Notes under the pieces: model-generated
Seen by the model: only the letters and a program-made list of their open reading frames with translations
What the model was told of the DNA's origin: nothing
Database searches by the model: none
Part shown: piece by piece, positions 1-10,113 of the stretch
How the letters are laid out: every line of letters starts with the position of its first letter
Numbering within the stretch: the first letter of the stretch is position 1
Program-made: the position numbers and the translations under genes
From: a virus
Lineage: Duplodnaviria > Caudoviricetes
Strand: one strand, 5' to 3'
Virus record (IMG/VR): IMGVR_UViG_3300008085_000084
Location: 1-32,644 of that record
Length of the DNA: 32,644 nucleotides

Positions 1-171
1 AAGTTTGTAAGTTTTTATGGAGTAGATTCAGAAAAAAGATTAAAGGATTACACAATTTTTTCCTCATGGGAATACTGCAAACCACTTCCAGAGCAATTAA
101 CGAAAGCGCAAATTGCTCAATTATTAAATAAAGAAATTGACAGCTTTGAAATAGTCGATGAGGAATTATGA
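1..171 (+). CDS. 3' end of a small hypothetical protein (partial, begins before window)
   Basis: Frame 1 is open from base 1 (KFVSFYG...SWEYCKPLPEQLTKAQIAQLLNKEIDSFEIVDEEL) to TGA at 169-171; read manually. Confidence 0.6.
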   Translation, partial: KFVSFYGVDSEKRLKDYTIFSSWEYCKPLPEQLTKAQIAQLLNKEIDSFEIVDEEL

Positions 172-347
172 AAAATAAATTTGAAATAATAGAAGAAAAA
201 ATGAATGAAGAATTAATTAAATTGAAAAATGTTGAAAAGCAATGACCGCTAACTTGTTAATATAAGAAACTAATGTGTAACATTTATGATTAAACAATTA
301 CATCCCAAATGTTTAAAGTTACACTTTAAAAATAATAAAATAATATT

Positions 348-695
348 ATGAAAAAACAACAACTTAGTAAAACAGAACCTGATCATTATATAATTGATTG
401 GGAAAATGATGTTCCTGATTTTCATTTATTTATTGAAGAACATCATAATTTTATATTTCATCAATTTGTATTTACACAAAAAGAAAGTGATACATTATTA
501 CATAGTCAAGTATTGTTCTTAATAGAAGATGCAGAATACATATATAAAGATTTTAATGGTACTTGGTATCATGGTAATATCTTAAAATTAAAAGAATCCA
601 GACGTGAAATGTATAAAGCATATATGGAATATTCTAAATGGCATCAACAACAAAAAACTGAAATTAAAAAGTTATTTGAAAAATATGATAGATAA
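348..695 (+). CDS. hypothetical protein
   Basis: 115-aa ORF after an AT-rich leader, same strand as neighbours; no motif recognised. Confidence 0.6.
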   Translation: MKKQQLSKTEPDHYIIDWENDVPDFHLFIEEHHNFIFHQFVFTQKESDTLLHSQVLFLIEDAEYIYKDFNGTWYHGNILKLKESRREMYKAYMEYSKWHQQQKTEIKKLFEKYDR

Positions 696-915
696 ACAAT
701 TAAAGAAACCTAAAAAATATAGGTATGTATATGTATTACATCTAGATGTATTAGAAGACGATGAATTAGTTATCAATAAAGCATTATTCATTAAATATCA
801 TAATATAATTCAAGAATATACTATTGAACAATTTGTTGAATTAATGAATCAATCTTATGGTGGTATTGAAGCTAGTTCTTATTTCTTAGCAACTAAAAAA
901 CGATTAATGATATGA
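685..915 (+). CDS. hypothetical protein
   Basis: ORF track 604..915. ATG at 685 (MIDKQLKK) is the more plausible start, giving a short overlap with the previous gene; ATGA overlap with the next gene. Confidence 0.55.
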   Translation: MIDKQLKKPKKYRYVYVLHLDVLEDDELVINKALFIKYHNIIQEYTIEQFVELMNQSYGGIEASSYFLATKKRLMI

Positions 916-1232
916 GATTAAAATTTAATTATACTTGTTCTACAATAGATAAAAACATTACTGATTTTAAAGAGATTATCAAAGATAAATTTGATAAAAT
1001 GCTTGATGAATCATCTCCTTTATTTAAAGGAGATATGAAAGTTGATTTTATTGATAAATATGTTAAATCTATATATGATGAATGTGAATATATATTTGAA
1101 GAAGTTAGAAATACTAATGAACGTATGCGTGAAGTTGCAGATGAGCAACTTTCTAATCTCGAAGAAATAATTGAAGAATTAAAATCAGATATAAAAGATT
1201 TAAATAATGAAATAGATAATTTGAATGAATAA
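912..1232 (+). CDS. hypothetical coiled-coil protein
   Basis: 106 aa; heptad-like acidic C-terminus (LSNLEEIIEELKSDIKDLNNEIDNL). Confidence 0.65.
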   Translation: MRLKFNYTCSTIDKNITDFKEIIKDKFDKMLDESSPLFKGDMKVDFIDKYVKSIYDECEYIFEEVRNTNERMREVADEQLSNLEEIIEELKSDIKDLNNEIDNLNE

Positions 1233-1246
1233 ATTGAAAAAAAGAT

Positions 1247-1963
1247 ATGATACTAGCGATACATGGTAAAGCAAGTTCTGGTAAAGATACCGTAGGATCT
1301 ATAATACAATATTTAATTAAAAAGAAAGAAATAGGACTTTCTAAAAAGATTAAAGACAACGAATATGATTTTAATGATTACTTAAAAAGTGAACATTCTA
1401 AATCATCATCTTGGAAAATCAAAAAGTTCGCAGGTAAACTTAAAGAAATAGCTTCTATTTTATTAGGAATACCTGTTGAACAGTTTGAATTAGAATATAT
1501 TAAGAATCAATTATTACCTAGAGAATGGCAAAATGAATCTAATACATTAACAATACGTTTATTTCTTCAAAGATTAGGTACAGATGCTATTAGAGATGTT
1601 ATTCATCCAAATACTTGGGTAAATGCTTTAATGAGTGAATATAAACCTTATTGTGAAAAATTATCTAGTGATGATAATGTTAATTTATTAAAATATCATA
1701 AGTATCCTAATTGGATTATTACAGATACTCGTTTTTTTAATGAATTAAGAGCTGTTAAATCTAAAATGGGTATTACTATTAGAGTTAATAGACCTCTTTT
1801 AAATGAAACTTCTTATGAAAAAGCGTATAGAGAAACTCATGAACATGAATCTGAAAAAAGTCTTGATAATGAAGTATTTGATTATTACATAGATAATTCT
1901 AGTACAATTGATGATTTGATTGTACAAGTAAAAGAAATCTTAATTAAAGAAAGAATACTATAA
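1247..1963 (+). CDS. deoxynucleoside monophosphate (dNMP) kinase
   Basis: N-terminal P-loop GKASSGKDT, plus FAGKLKE, R..LQ.LGTD and ITDTRFFNE motifs typical of phage dNMP kinases. Confidence 0.88.
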   Translation: MILAIHGKASSGKDTVGSIIQYLIKKKEIGLSKKIKDNEYDFNDYLKSEHSKSSSWKIKKFAGKLKEIASILLGIPVEQFELEYIKNQLLPREWQNESNTLTIRLFLQRLGTDAIRDVIHPNTWVNALMSEYKPYCEKLSSDDNVNLLKYHKYPNWIITDTRFFNELRAVKSKMGITIRVNRPLLNETSYEKAYRETHEHESEKSLDNEVFDYYIDNSSTIDDLIVQVKEILIKERIL

Positions 1964-2223
1964 TGAATGAACAAGAACGTGAAACATCTGAATTACCGTT
2001 TGAAATAATAAGTGTATGTAAAGATGATTTAAGACATTTTATGGCTGAAGAAGATGTTGATTTATTAACATCTGATGATATAAAGATAATTGCTAATAAA
2101 TTAGCAGATGATTATTGTGAACAATTGTTTTGGGATAGTTTAAAAATTATTTCTGAAAACATATTAGAACAAAAAAAGCAACAATTAAATAAATTATATA
2201 ATGGAAGAAAAAAAAATTATTAA
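1963..2223 (+). CDS. hypothetical protein
   Basis: 86-aa ORF translationally coupled (TAATG) to the kinase. Confidence 0.65.
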   Translation: MNEQERETSELPFEIISVCKDDLRHFMAEEDVDLLTSDDIKIIANKLADDYCEQLFWDSLKIISENILEQKKQQLNKLYNGRKKNY

Positions 2224-2623
2224 ACATCAATTAGAAAAAATAACTATTAGAGTTATACTAGATATATCTAAAGGATTATTTGAAGTAATAAATAAAAGTG
2301 CTTATTCATTAAAAATAAAATTAACAAAATTAGATTATGAATTAATGTTATGGATAGCTAATATTGATTACTATATAGGAATGTATGAAGCTGATTGTCC
2401 ATCCTTATCTAATCAAGATAATTCTATTAATTATGGTATTACTTTTAGATGTTATTCTAATAAAGTAGATGACGTTGAAACTAATGAGTATTACTCATTA
2501 TTAATTAAAGGTTTAGCACCTTATGTTTCTAATAATACTGAAGAAATAGAAAGATTAGAATTAGAACTTGAAGCATTAAAACATCAACAAGCATTAATTC
2601 AAGTTAATGAAAATATATACTGA
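2201..2623 (+). CDS. hypothetical protein
   Basis: 140-aa ORF overlapping both neighbours in the operon. Confidence 0.6.
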   Translation: MEEKKIIKHQLEKITIRVILDISKGLFEVINKSAYSLKIKLTKLDYELMLWIANIDYYIGMYEADCPSLSNQDNSINYGITFRCYSNKVDDVETNEYYSLLIKGLAPYVSNNTEEIERLELELEALKHQQALIQVNENIY

Positions 2624-3059
2624 TGGTGGATGCAAACCTAATCCAGGATTAGGTGCTTGTGCTATTGTTGTAGTAAACGAAGATGATATTGTATTTGAAA
2701 AAGCATTTTATAAAAGAGATACGACTAATAATCGTATGGAATTATCAGCAGTTATTTTAGCTGCTGAATATGCTTTAAAATATCCAGATAATTATCTAAC
2801 AATTATCTGTGATTCACAATATGTTCAAAAAGGTATTACACAATGGATACACAATTGGAAGAAAAATAATTGGAAAACAACTTCTAAAACAGATGTTCTT
2901 AATAAAGACTTATGGATTAGCTTAGATTTATTAATTGAAAAATTAAGAATTAAGTATAGTTATGTTGATTTTCAATGGATTAAAGGACACGATGATAATG
3001 TATATAATAATAGAGTTGATTCATTGTGTACACAAATGATTAATAAATATATATTATGA
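2607..3059 (+). CDS. rnhA: ribonuclease HI
   Basis: YTDGG, TTNNRMEL, CDSQYV, WKKNNWK, NKDLW, WIKGH and NNRVD motifs; all RNase HI catalytic acidic residues are present. Confidence 0.95.
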   Translation: MKIYTDGGCKPNPGLGACAIVVVNEDDIVFEKAFYKRDTTNNRMELSAVILAAEYALKYPDNYLTIICDSQYVQKGITQWIHNWKKNNWKTTSKTDVLNKDLWISLDLLIEKLRIKYSYVDFQWIKGHDDNVYNNRVDSLCTQMINKYIL

Positions 3060-4966
3060 TTGTAATATATGATGTAGAAGTATTCCCTAATTTATTTTCT
3101 CTATCTTATTCTCCTAAACATAGTGATGAAATACATTTTTTATGTGTTTCTACTATACATGAGAATCCTATTGTTCAAATGAAGGAGTTTGTTGAACACT
3201 TATCTAAAATAACTAAAATGGTTGGTTATAATAATGTAAGTTTTGATGCTCCTTTAACAAAGTATGCAGAACGTTTAATGATAGAAATGATTCGTCAATA
3301 TGATAATAAAATAAATTATGATAAATATGAGTTAGAATTAAATGTATCTAAAATGTTGACTTTTATTTACTTAGAAGCACAACGATTGATAGGAGAGAGA
3401 TGGATAAAGTATGATAAATCATGGAAACCACAATGTGATGTATATAGGATTTCACATTTTGACAATCCTGCAAAATCAACTTCGTTAAAATCCTTATCTA
3501 TTAATTTGAAATGGTCTAACGTAATTGAAATGCCGTTTGAACATAATCATTATGTTCGTACCATGGATGAGATAGAACAGATTAAAGAATATAACTTTAA
3601 TGATGTATTAGTTACTAAACACTTTTATGAATTATCTAAAGACAAGATAAAAATGAGAGATGTATTAGGTAGAAAATACGATTTATCATTAATGAATTAT
3701 TCTGATTCTAAGATGGGTGAAGAGATTATTCTTTCTTATTTAGCTAAAGAAATGAATACTACTGTTACATCTCTTAGATATAAAAAATCAACTTATATTA
3801 CTATTCCTGGTAAAGATATTGTATTTGATTATGTTTCATTTACTAATCCTATACTTAATTCTATTAAAGAAAAAATAATTAATACACAATTTAATGGTGA
3901 AGAACCTTCTTTTGAAGAAGAAAAACTATTAAAAGGAATTAAGTTTAAATTAGGTATAGGTGGTATTCATGGTGCTACTAAACAAGGTATATATGAATCT
4001 GATAAAGAACATATTATATTATCGATCGATGTCCAGAGTTATTATCCAAATTTAGCTATTAAGAATGAATTTTATCCTGCACAATTTGGTAAATCATTTT
4101 GTACAGTATTAGATCAATTATTTCAAGATAGAATATCTTATCCTAAAGGTTCAGATGAAAATACTGGATTAAAATTAAGTATTAATTCACTTTACGGTAA
4201 GACTGGTGATAAATACTCACCTTTAAGAGACATTCAATATATGCTTAAAACAACAATTAATGGTCAATTATTACTGTTAATGTTATTTGAGAAATTAATG
4301 TCTTTAGGTCAAGTACTATTAATAAATACGGATGGATTAGAGATAAGAATTAAACGTAGTGATTATCTTACTGTATTAAACATATGTAAAGAATGGGAAA
4401 CTTTAACTAAATTAAAATTAGAGTATGATGAATACGATAAAATGATTATAGCTAATGTAAATAACTATTCTTGTATAAATACTAAAGGTAAAATTAAACG
4501 TAAAGGTTTATTTGAAATAGATAAAGATTTACATAAAGATAATTCTATGAGAATTGTTCCTATAGCTTTAGAACAATACTTTTATCATGGAATCCCTATT
4601 AAAGAAACTGTTCAATTAAATAAAATAGTATCTATAAGTGGTGTAGAAGAAACTACATCTATTTTTGATTTTTGTTTAAAAATAAAAGCTAAAGGTGAAA
4701 CTAAATATGAATATCATGTATTAGAAAACAATAAGCTTGCTATTAAACCTACTCAAAAAAATATACGTTATTATATATCTAATCACACAGGTACTTTAAT
4801 AAAACGATATGAAACTAATAAATCTGAGTTTGTTAATATTGGAGTAAATCAAACTCTATTTAATAAATATATAGATGGTCCATATAATCTCAATTATAAT
4901 TTTTATCATAAAGAATGTAATAAAATTATAGAGAATATAGAACCTTCTCAATTAACATTGTTTTAA
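3056..4966 (+). CDS. family B DNA polymerase with 3'-5' exonuclease domain
   Basis: Exo motifs YDVEV, GYNNVSFD, YNFNDV; polymerase motifs DVQSYYPN, KLSINSLYGK, NTDG. Confidence 0.93.
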   Translation: MIVIYDVEVFPNLFSLSYSPKHSDEIHFLCVSTIHENPIVQMKEFVEHLSKITKMVGYNNVSFDAPLTKYAERLMIEMIRQYDNKINYDKYELELNVSKMLTFIYLEAQRLIGERWIKYDKSWKPQCDVYRISHFDNPAKSTSLKSLSINLKWSNVIEMPFEHNHYVRTMDEIEQIKEYNFNDVLVTKHFYELSKDKIKMRDVLGRKYDLSLMNYSDSKMGEEIILSYLAKEMNTTVTSLRYKKSTYITIPGKDIVFDYVSFTNPILNSIKEKIINTQFNGEEPSFEEEKLLKGIKFKLGIGGIHGATKQGIYESDKEHIILSIDVQSYYPNLAIKNEFYPAQFGKSFCTVLDQLFQDRISYPKGSDENTGLKLSINSLYGKTGDKYSPLRDIQYMLKTTINGQLLLLMLFEKLMSLGQVLLINTDGLEIRIKRSDYLTVLNICKEWETLTKLKLEYDEYDKMIIANVNNYSCINTKGKIKRKGLFEIDKDLHKDNSMRIVPIALEQYFYHGIPIKETVQLNKIVSISGVEETTSIFDFCLKIKAKGETKYEYHVLENNKLAIKPTQKNIRYYISNHTGTLIKRYETNKSEFVNIGVNQTLFNKYIDGPYNLNYNFYHKECNKIIENIEPSQLTLF

Positions 4967-6337
4967 ATGATACCATTAGAACAAATCAATTTTGAACCTA
5001 CTCGTTTAAAAAGACAAATAGGAATAATTCATAAATGGGAAGAATTAGGAAGTAAAAATACTTTGCTTGCATCAACTGGCTTTGGAAAAACTGTAACAGG
5101 TATTCTAGCTATTAGACGTAATGTTAAAACTAATCCTACTTATAAAAATACTATTGTGATTGTTCCTACTGTCTATTTAGAAGAACAATGGAATCAAAAA
5201 ATAGCAGAACATGGTTTGGAAGATCATGTTAGAGTTATTATAATTAACTCGCTTTTGATAGAAACAACTCATCAAAAGTTATCAGCAACATTACTTATTT
5301 TAGATGAGATACATAAATATGTAGCTACTGAATTTAAAAAAGTATATGATTGCGTTATATATAATAAAATACTAGGTTTAACAGCAACCTTAGATTTTGA
5401 AGATGATCGTTTTCGTATTATTCAAGATAGATGTCCTGTTTTTGAGACAGTTACTATACAAGAATGTTTAACAAATAAATGGGTAAATAATTTTACTATT
5501 TATACACTTCCTGTAGAACTAACTAAAAAAGAAAAAGAAGTCTATCGTAAATTCACATCAAGTTTTAATAATTCAATGGCTTTTTTTGGTTATAATTTTG
5601 ATATGATGATGAAATGTTTAAATCATAATTTGGCTAAAGCATATGCAACATCTATTAATAAAGACCCTAAAGTTGTATTTATTACTGCTTTGAATGGTAC
5701 TAAAGCGGTTAAAGAAAGAAAAAATGTATTATACAATGCTGAAAATAAATTTGAGATAATAAAAGAATTAGATAAGAAATTTCTTGATTCTAAAACAATA
5801 TTCTTTTCTCAAACAAGTGAATCAGCAGATCGTATAGCACAAGATACTTTTTCTTGTAAATCTTATCATACAAACATATCTACTATAATACTGGATAAAA
5901 AAACTCATCTTAAAGTTGGTGAATCAGTAAAAGTAAATAAAAAAACTATGTATTATGTGCATGGTATCCCCCAATCTAAAATAGACTCCAAATTATATTA
6001 TAAAGTATCTGGAGATAAACAAAGAGAATCTGTAATGACAGAATTTATGTCAGGTAAGATTTTAAAATTATCTACAGCTATGATGTTAGATGTTGGAGCA
6101 GATATACCTGATATAGAAAATACTATTATAGTAGCAGGTACTTCTAAAGCATTGCAAGATGTTCAAAGGAGAGGGAGAGGGATCAGATATGTTGAAAATA
6201 AAATAGCAAGAAATATTCAATTGTATGTTCAAGATGAAGCTAATGATTTCAAATCACAAGAAAAGAAATGGTTGACTCAACGTCTTGAAAATATTCCTAA
6301 TGTTGTTGATGTAACATCTGTATCTGAGATTATATAA
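4967..6337 (+). CDS. superfamily 2 (DExH) helicase
   Basis: Walker A STGFGKT, VIVPT, DEIH, TAT and motif VI QRRGRGIR. Confidence 0.9.
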   Translation: MIPLEQINFEPTRLKRQIGIIHKWEELGSKNTLLASTGFGKTVTGILAIRRNVKTNPTYKNTIVIVPTVYLEEQWNQKIAEHGLEDHVRVIIINSLLIETTHQKLSATLLILDEIHKYVATEFKKVYDCVIYNKILGLTATLDFEDDRFRIIQDRCPVFETVTIQECLTNKWVNNFTIYTLPVELTKKEKEVYRKFTSSFNNSMAFFGYNFDMMMKCLNHNLAKAYATSINKDPKVVFITALNGTKAVKERKNVLYNAENKFEIIKELDKKFLDSKTIFFSQTSESADRIAQDTFSCKSYHTNISTIILDKKTHLKVGESVKVNKKTMYYVHGIPQSKIDSKLYYKVSGDKQRESVMTEFMSGKILKLSTAMMLDVGADIPDIENTIIVAGTSKALQDVQRRGRGIRYVENKIARNIQLYVQDEANDFKSQEKKWLTQRLENIPNVVDVTSVSEII

Positions 6338-6340
6338 CGT

Positions 6341-7012
6341 ATGAACTCAATTATAGACAACATGATTATTGATATAGATGAATACTGTCAATACTTAATG
6401 AAACACAATATTACACCTAATCAGTTTTTGTTGTGTTTTTTATTGTATTCAGATGCTTATGATACTCTTCCTTCAGGTAAGAGATTGTATCATAAAAAAT
6501 CTAATGAGAATCATCCTATTGCAAATATGTATAAGATGATAGAACATTGGAAAAAACAAAATAAAGTTATATGGAATAAATCAGATTTAGATTATTTAGA
6601 AAAAACAGGTTTTATAGAAGTATTAAACCCTACTATACCTAAACAATATATACCTGATACCTATAAAATTACAATTAAATATATAGATTCCTTATTTGCT
6701 ACATTAACTGAATTTGAACAATTTTATGAATTGTATCCTACCTGGATAACTAATTTTAGTGGTCCACATCTTCCTAAGATTAATCTTAAAATGGTTGATA
6801 AAGAAGAGTTACAAACATTGTTCAATAAAAAAATTCTTACTAAACTAGTATTTGATAGAATGATGATAGCTCTTAATTGGGCTGTTCAAAACAATCAAAT
6901 AAATATGAATATTCAAAAATATTTAACTAGTGAAATTTGGAAAGAACATCAAAAATTAGCAGAGGAATATAATGGATCAGAAACACCAAATTTCTTACGA
7001 AGAAGTTCTTAA
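6341..7012 (+). CDS. putative replication initiator / helicase-loader-like protein
   Basis: Possible N-terminal winged-helix region; C-terminal FEQFYELYP...KYLTSEIW resembles phage replisome-organizer C-terminal domains; directly upstream of and overlapping dnaB. Confidence 0.5.
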   Translation: MNSIIDNMIIDIDEYCQYLMKHNITPNQFLLCFLLYSDAYDTLPSGKRLYHKKSNENHPIANMYKMIEHWKKQNKVIWNKSDLDYLEKTGFIEVLNPTIPKQYIPDTYKITIKYIDSLFATLTEFEQFYELYPTWITNFSGPHLPKINLKMVDKEELQTLFNKKILTKLVFDRMMIALNWAVQNNQINMNIQKYLTSEIWKEHQKLAEEYNGSETPNFLRRSS

Positions 7013-7940
7013 CAATTATGGTTTTGAACATATTACTACATCGTATGATAATACAATAGTAGAAATAGAGAAGCGTAAAGATGGTTTAATTAAACCATTA
7101 AAAACTGAATGGTTTACATTTGATGAAACATTAGGTGGTGGAATACAAGAATCTACTCAATATATCATTGGTGGTCGACCTTCGGTTGGTAAAAGTGCTT
7201 TTTCTTCTGCGCTGTTATTTAATATTTGTGATTATAATGATTTATCTAAATTTATTATTTTGTTTTGGAATTTAGAAATGAGAAATACTCAACAAGTAAC
7301 TCGTTTTATATCTTCTAAAACAGGTAAAACTGTTGGTGAAATTAATTCAGCAAAAGAAATATTAGATGAAACAGATTTCAATATTATTAAACAGATGAAA
7401 TCGTATGTTACAGAATATCCATTTTATTTTTTTAATAAAAATGTTACTCCTGAACGAATTAAAATTGTAAATAAAGAGTTACGTCAGAAATATCCTGATA
7501 TACACATTATAAATTTATTTGATCATACTCGTTTAATAACATCGAGTAACGAAAAAACAGAAGAACAAAAAATAACTAAGCTTGCTGCTACATTTCAAGA
7601 ACTTACAGTATCTGATAGAATAAGTGCTATCTTATTATCTCAGTTAAATCGTAATATTGAAGACATGATTCGTCAAACAAATCCTTATCCTTTAGCAAGT
7701 GATTTATTTGGTAGTGATGCATTAGCACAGTTTGCAAATGTTATTATTATTCTTCAAAGACCTGAGTTATACCCTAATGTGAAGAAGTATTTGGATTGGG
7801 ATAGAGAATTAAAAAGTCTCTTAGCTGTTCATATACTTAAAAACAGAGATGGTGAAGTAACTTGGATTCCCTTCAAACATTTACTTCAACATAATTCTAT
7901 GATGGAGTATAAACAATACTTACAATCAATAAATGGCTAA
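6972..7940 (+). CDS. dnaB: DnaB-like replicative helicase (C-terminal RecA-fold domain only)
   Basis: GGRPSVGKS, NLEM, LFDH, LLSQLNR, SDLFGSDALAQ and KNRDG motifs. Confidence 0.9.
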   Translation: MDQKHQISYEEVLNNYGFEHITTSYDNTIVEIEKRKDGLIKPLKTEWFTFDETLGGGIQESTQYIIGGRPSVGKSAFSSALLFNICDYNDLSKFIILFWNLEMRNTQQVTRFISSKTGKTVGEINSAKEILDETDFNIIKQMKSYVTEYPFYFFNKNVTPERIKIVNKELRQKYPDIHIINLFDHTRLITSSNEKTEEQKITKLAATFQELTVSDRISAILLSQLNRNIEDMIRQTNPYPLASDLFGSDALAQFANVIIILQRPELYPNVKKYLDWDRELKSLLAVHILKNRDGEVTWIPFKHLLQHNSMMEYKQYLQSING

Positions 7941-8625
7941 AAGTATATTAATTATTGGAGAAAGTGGTTCTGGTAAATCACGTTCTTTAATTAATCTTGA
8001 TCCAAAAGAAACAGTTCTTATTAATGTTGCTAATAAAGCACTTCCTTTTAGAGGTTGGGTTAATAAATTTAGTATTGAAAATAAGAATTATAAGTTTACA
8101 ATGGATCATTCAGAAATAGCTGTATCTATTACAAATATTTCTAATAAAAGACCAGAAATCAAAACTATTATAGTAGATGACTTCCAATATACGCTAGTAG
8201 ATGAGTTTGTGGAGAGAGCTAAAGAAATTGGATTTACTAAATTCAATGAAATGGCTAAACATATTTATGATCTTACTGGTCCTAAATTTATTGCTCCACT
8301 ACGTTCAGATTTAACTATTGTATTTTTAGCTCATAATGAGATTAAAGATGATGGTAAATCTGATATGAAAACTATTGGTAAAATATTAGATGGTCACATT
8401 AAAGTAGCAGGTTTGTTTACTGTAATGCTTCATACTGAAATAGTATTTGGTAGCGGTACTCCTTCATTCTATTTTAGAACTATTACTGATGGTTCAAAAG
8501 TATGTAAATCTCCAGAAGGAATGTTTCCAGATAAGCTAATTCCTAATGATTTAGATTATGTACTCAAATGTATCTCTGCTTATGATAAAGGTTTAGATAC
8601 ACCTGATCTTCCTTCTAAAGAATAA
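7933..8625 (+). CDS. AAA-type ATPase (Sak4/AAA_24-like recombination-associated)
   Basis: Walker A GESGSGKS, Walker B IIVDD, FLAH and KSPEGMF motifs. Confidence 0.8.
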   Translation: MAKSILIIGESGSGKSRSLINLDPKETVLINVANKALPFRGWVNKFSIENKNYKFTMDHSEIAVSITNISNKRPEIKTIIVDDFQYTLVDEFVERAKEIGFTKFNEMAKHIYDLTGPKFIAPLRSDLTIVFLAHNEIKDDGKSDMKTIGKILDGHIKVAGLFTVMLHTEIVFGSGTPSFYFRTITDGSKVCKSPEGMFPDKLIPNDLDYVLKCISAYDKGLDTPDLPSKE

Positions 8626-8712
8626 ATTTATCATTTAATTTATCATTGATATAGTATAGTACAAATCATATCAATTCAAACAAAACAATCATTTAATTTA
8701 ATTATTACAATT

Positions 8713-9147
8713 ATGGCATTTGACATTACTTCCTTAGTTACTGTTTCCAGAGCTAACACTCGTAAAGTAGTTTATAATTACGACTTAATGTACTCTAATA
8801 AAACACAACGTTTTAATGTATCTCCTGTTACTCAAGAAAAATATAACTTGAAAGAAAACGGATTAACATTGAGTTATAACCCTGTTAACAAAGATGAAAT
8901 TTTCTTGATTATTCAAGCTAATGATAAATCTGTTATGTTAAAAGGTGAAGGTCGTATCTTTACTTCATCAGAATTTCGTAAATTCTTAGATGATGCTAAC
9001 ATTAAAACAGTAGAAATGAAATTAGAAGAAGTTTACAATAAAGACGGTGTCGTTGTTGTAAAAGTTATTGCTTCTGGTGAAGATCTATATGAGAATGACT
9101 TGAGTGAAGAAGAAGCTCCTGAAGTAACTGAAGAATTAGCAGATTAA
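8713..9147 (+). CDS. hypothetical protein with acidic C-terminal tail (possible nucleic-acid-binding protein)
   Basis: 144 aa ending EEEAPEVTEELAD; has its own intergenic leader and a downstream hairpin. Confidence 0.65.
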   Translation: MAFDITSLVTVSRANTRKVVYNYDLMYSNKTQRFNVSPVTQEKYNLKENGLTLSYNPVNKDEIFLIIQANDKSVMLKGEGRIFTSSEFRKFLDDANIKTVEMKLEEVYNKDGVVVVKVIASGEDLYENDLSEEEAPEVTEELAD

Positions 9148-9157
9148 TCTAATTTTA

Positions 9158-9190
9158 AGAGTAGTAATACTATGTTACTACTCTATTTTT
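9158..9190 (+). terminator. stem-loop, likely intrinsic terminator or processing site
   Basis: AGAGTAGTAA (9158-9167) pairs perfectly with TTACTACTCT (9175-9184), followed by ATTTTT. Confidence 0.7.
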
Positions 9191-9213
9191 AATAACATTT
9201 AATAAATATTTAT

Positions 9214-10059
9214 ATGTCTTTTATTCAAAGTAATAATCAAGAAGAAGTAGTAGTACAACAAATAGAACAGTTTTGGGGGTTAAGAGATATAACTCCTATT
9301 GCTTTCAATCCTACAAAAAAAGAATTACAAAAATTAGGTGTAAATTCCGAAAAAGAGCCAGAGTATATTAAACTCAAAGAAAATATTACAGTAGCTACAT
9401 TTCGTTTTTGGGTTACTTATAAAAACTTAAAAAACGAAGTTCTTAAATCATTTGTTTCTTTTGATGTAAGAAATCAAGAGTTTGAATCTACTACTGGTAA
9501 ACGTCAATATATAGATTTAGCAGGTAATACTGCTTGGGCTGTAGATTTACAATCTGTTAGTGAAACATCTATTCAATATGGTTTTAAAGTAGATACTGCT
9601 AGACCAGCATATATTGGTGAAGAAGCATTAGTAAACTTCTTAAAAACTTGGTTTAATGTTAAACCTGGTGATGCTTGTAGACCTGATAATTATAAAAAAG
9701 AATTTGAAGGTGATTTTGTAGATTTCAAATCTATATTTAAAGATCCTAATTCTAAAAATGAATTAAGAGCTTTGTTTGTTGTTTCAGCAAGTAAAGGTAA
9801 TGTATATCAAAACCTATACAATGGTTATTTTCAACGTAAATCTAATACTGGATTAAACAATTGGATTAAACATTTTGCTGCTCAACAAAAATATATGAGT
9901 TCTAAAGGTAAGTCTATGACTATTCTTTACCCTACAGACTTTGTTTTTGCTAAAATACCTGATGAAATTATTAATCAATTGATTACTAGTTCGTTAGGAA
10001 CAGCAGAAGAAACAACACCTAAAACCAATAGTTTTTCTGAAGAACAAGCAGGGTTTTAA
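9214..10059 (+). CDS. putative single-stranded DNA-binding protein (crAss-type)
   Basis: Position between AAA ATPase and primase, acidic/aromatic C-terminal tip (FSEEQAGF), AFNPTKKEL N-terminal motif. Inferred mainly from synteny. Confidence 0.55.
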   Translation: MSFIQSNNQEEVVVQQIEQFWGLRDITPIAFNPTKKELQKLGVNSEKEPEYIKLKENITVATFRFWVTYKNLKNEVLKSFVSFDVRNQEFESTTGKRQYIDLAGNTAWAVDLQSVSETSIQYGFKVDTARPAYIGEEALVNFLKTWFNVKPGDACRPDNYKKEFEGDFVDFKSIFKDPNSKNELRALFVVSASKGNVYQNLYNGYFQRKSNTGLNNWIKHFAAQQKYMSSKGKSMTILYPTDFVFAKIPDEIINQLITSSLGTAEETTPKTNSFSEEQAGF

Positions 10060-10072
10060 TTAATAATTATAA

Positions 10073-10112
10073 AGTATAGATAGTAGTATTGCTATCTATA
10101 CTCTTTTTATTT
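10073..10112 (+). terminator. intrinsic terminator-like hairpin
   Basis: 13-bp stem AGTATAGATAGTA / TGCTATCTATACT (one G-T pair), GTAT loop, followed by CTTTTTATTTT. Confidence 0.75.
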
Positions 10113-10113
10113 T

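Noticed and set aside
1153-1359. Minus-strand 68-aa ORF
   Set aside because: Antisense shadow of two well-supported plus-strand genes.
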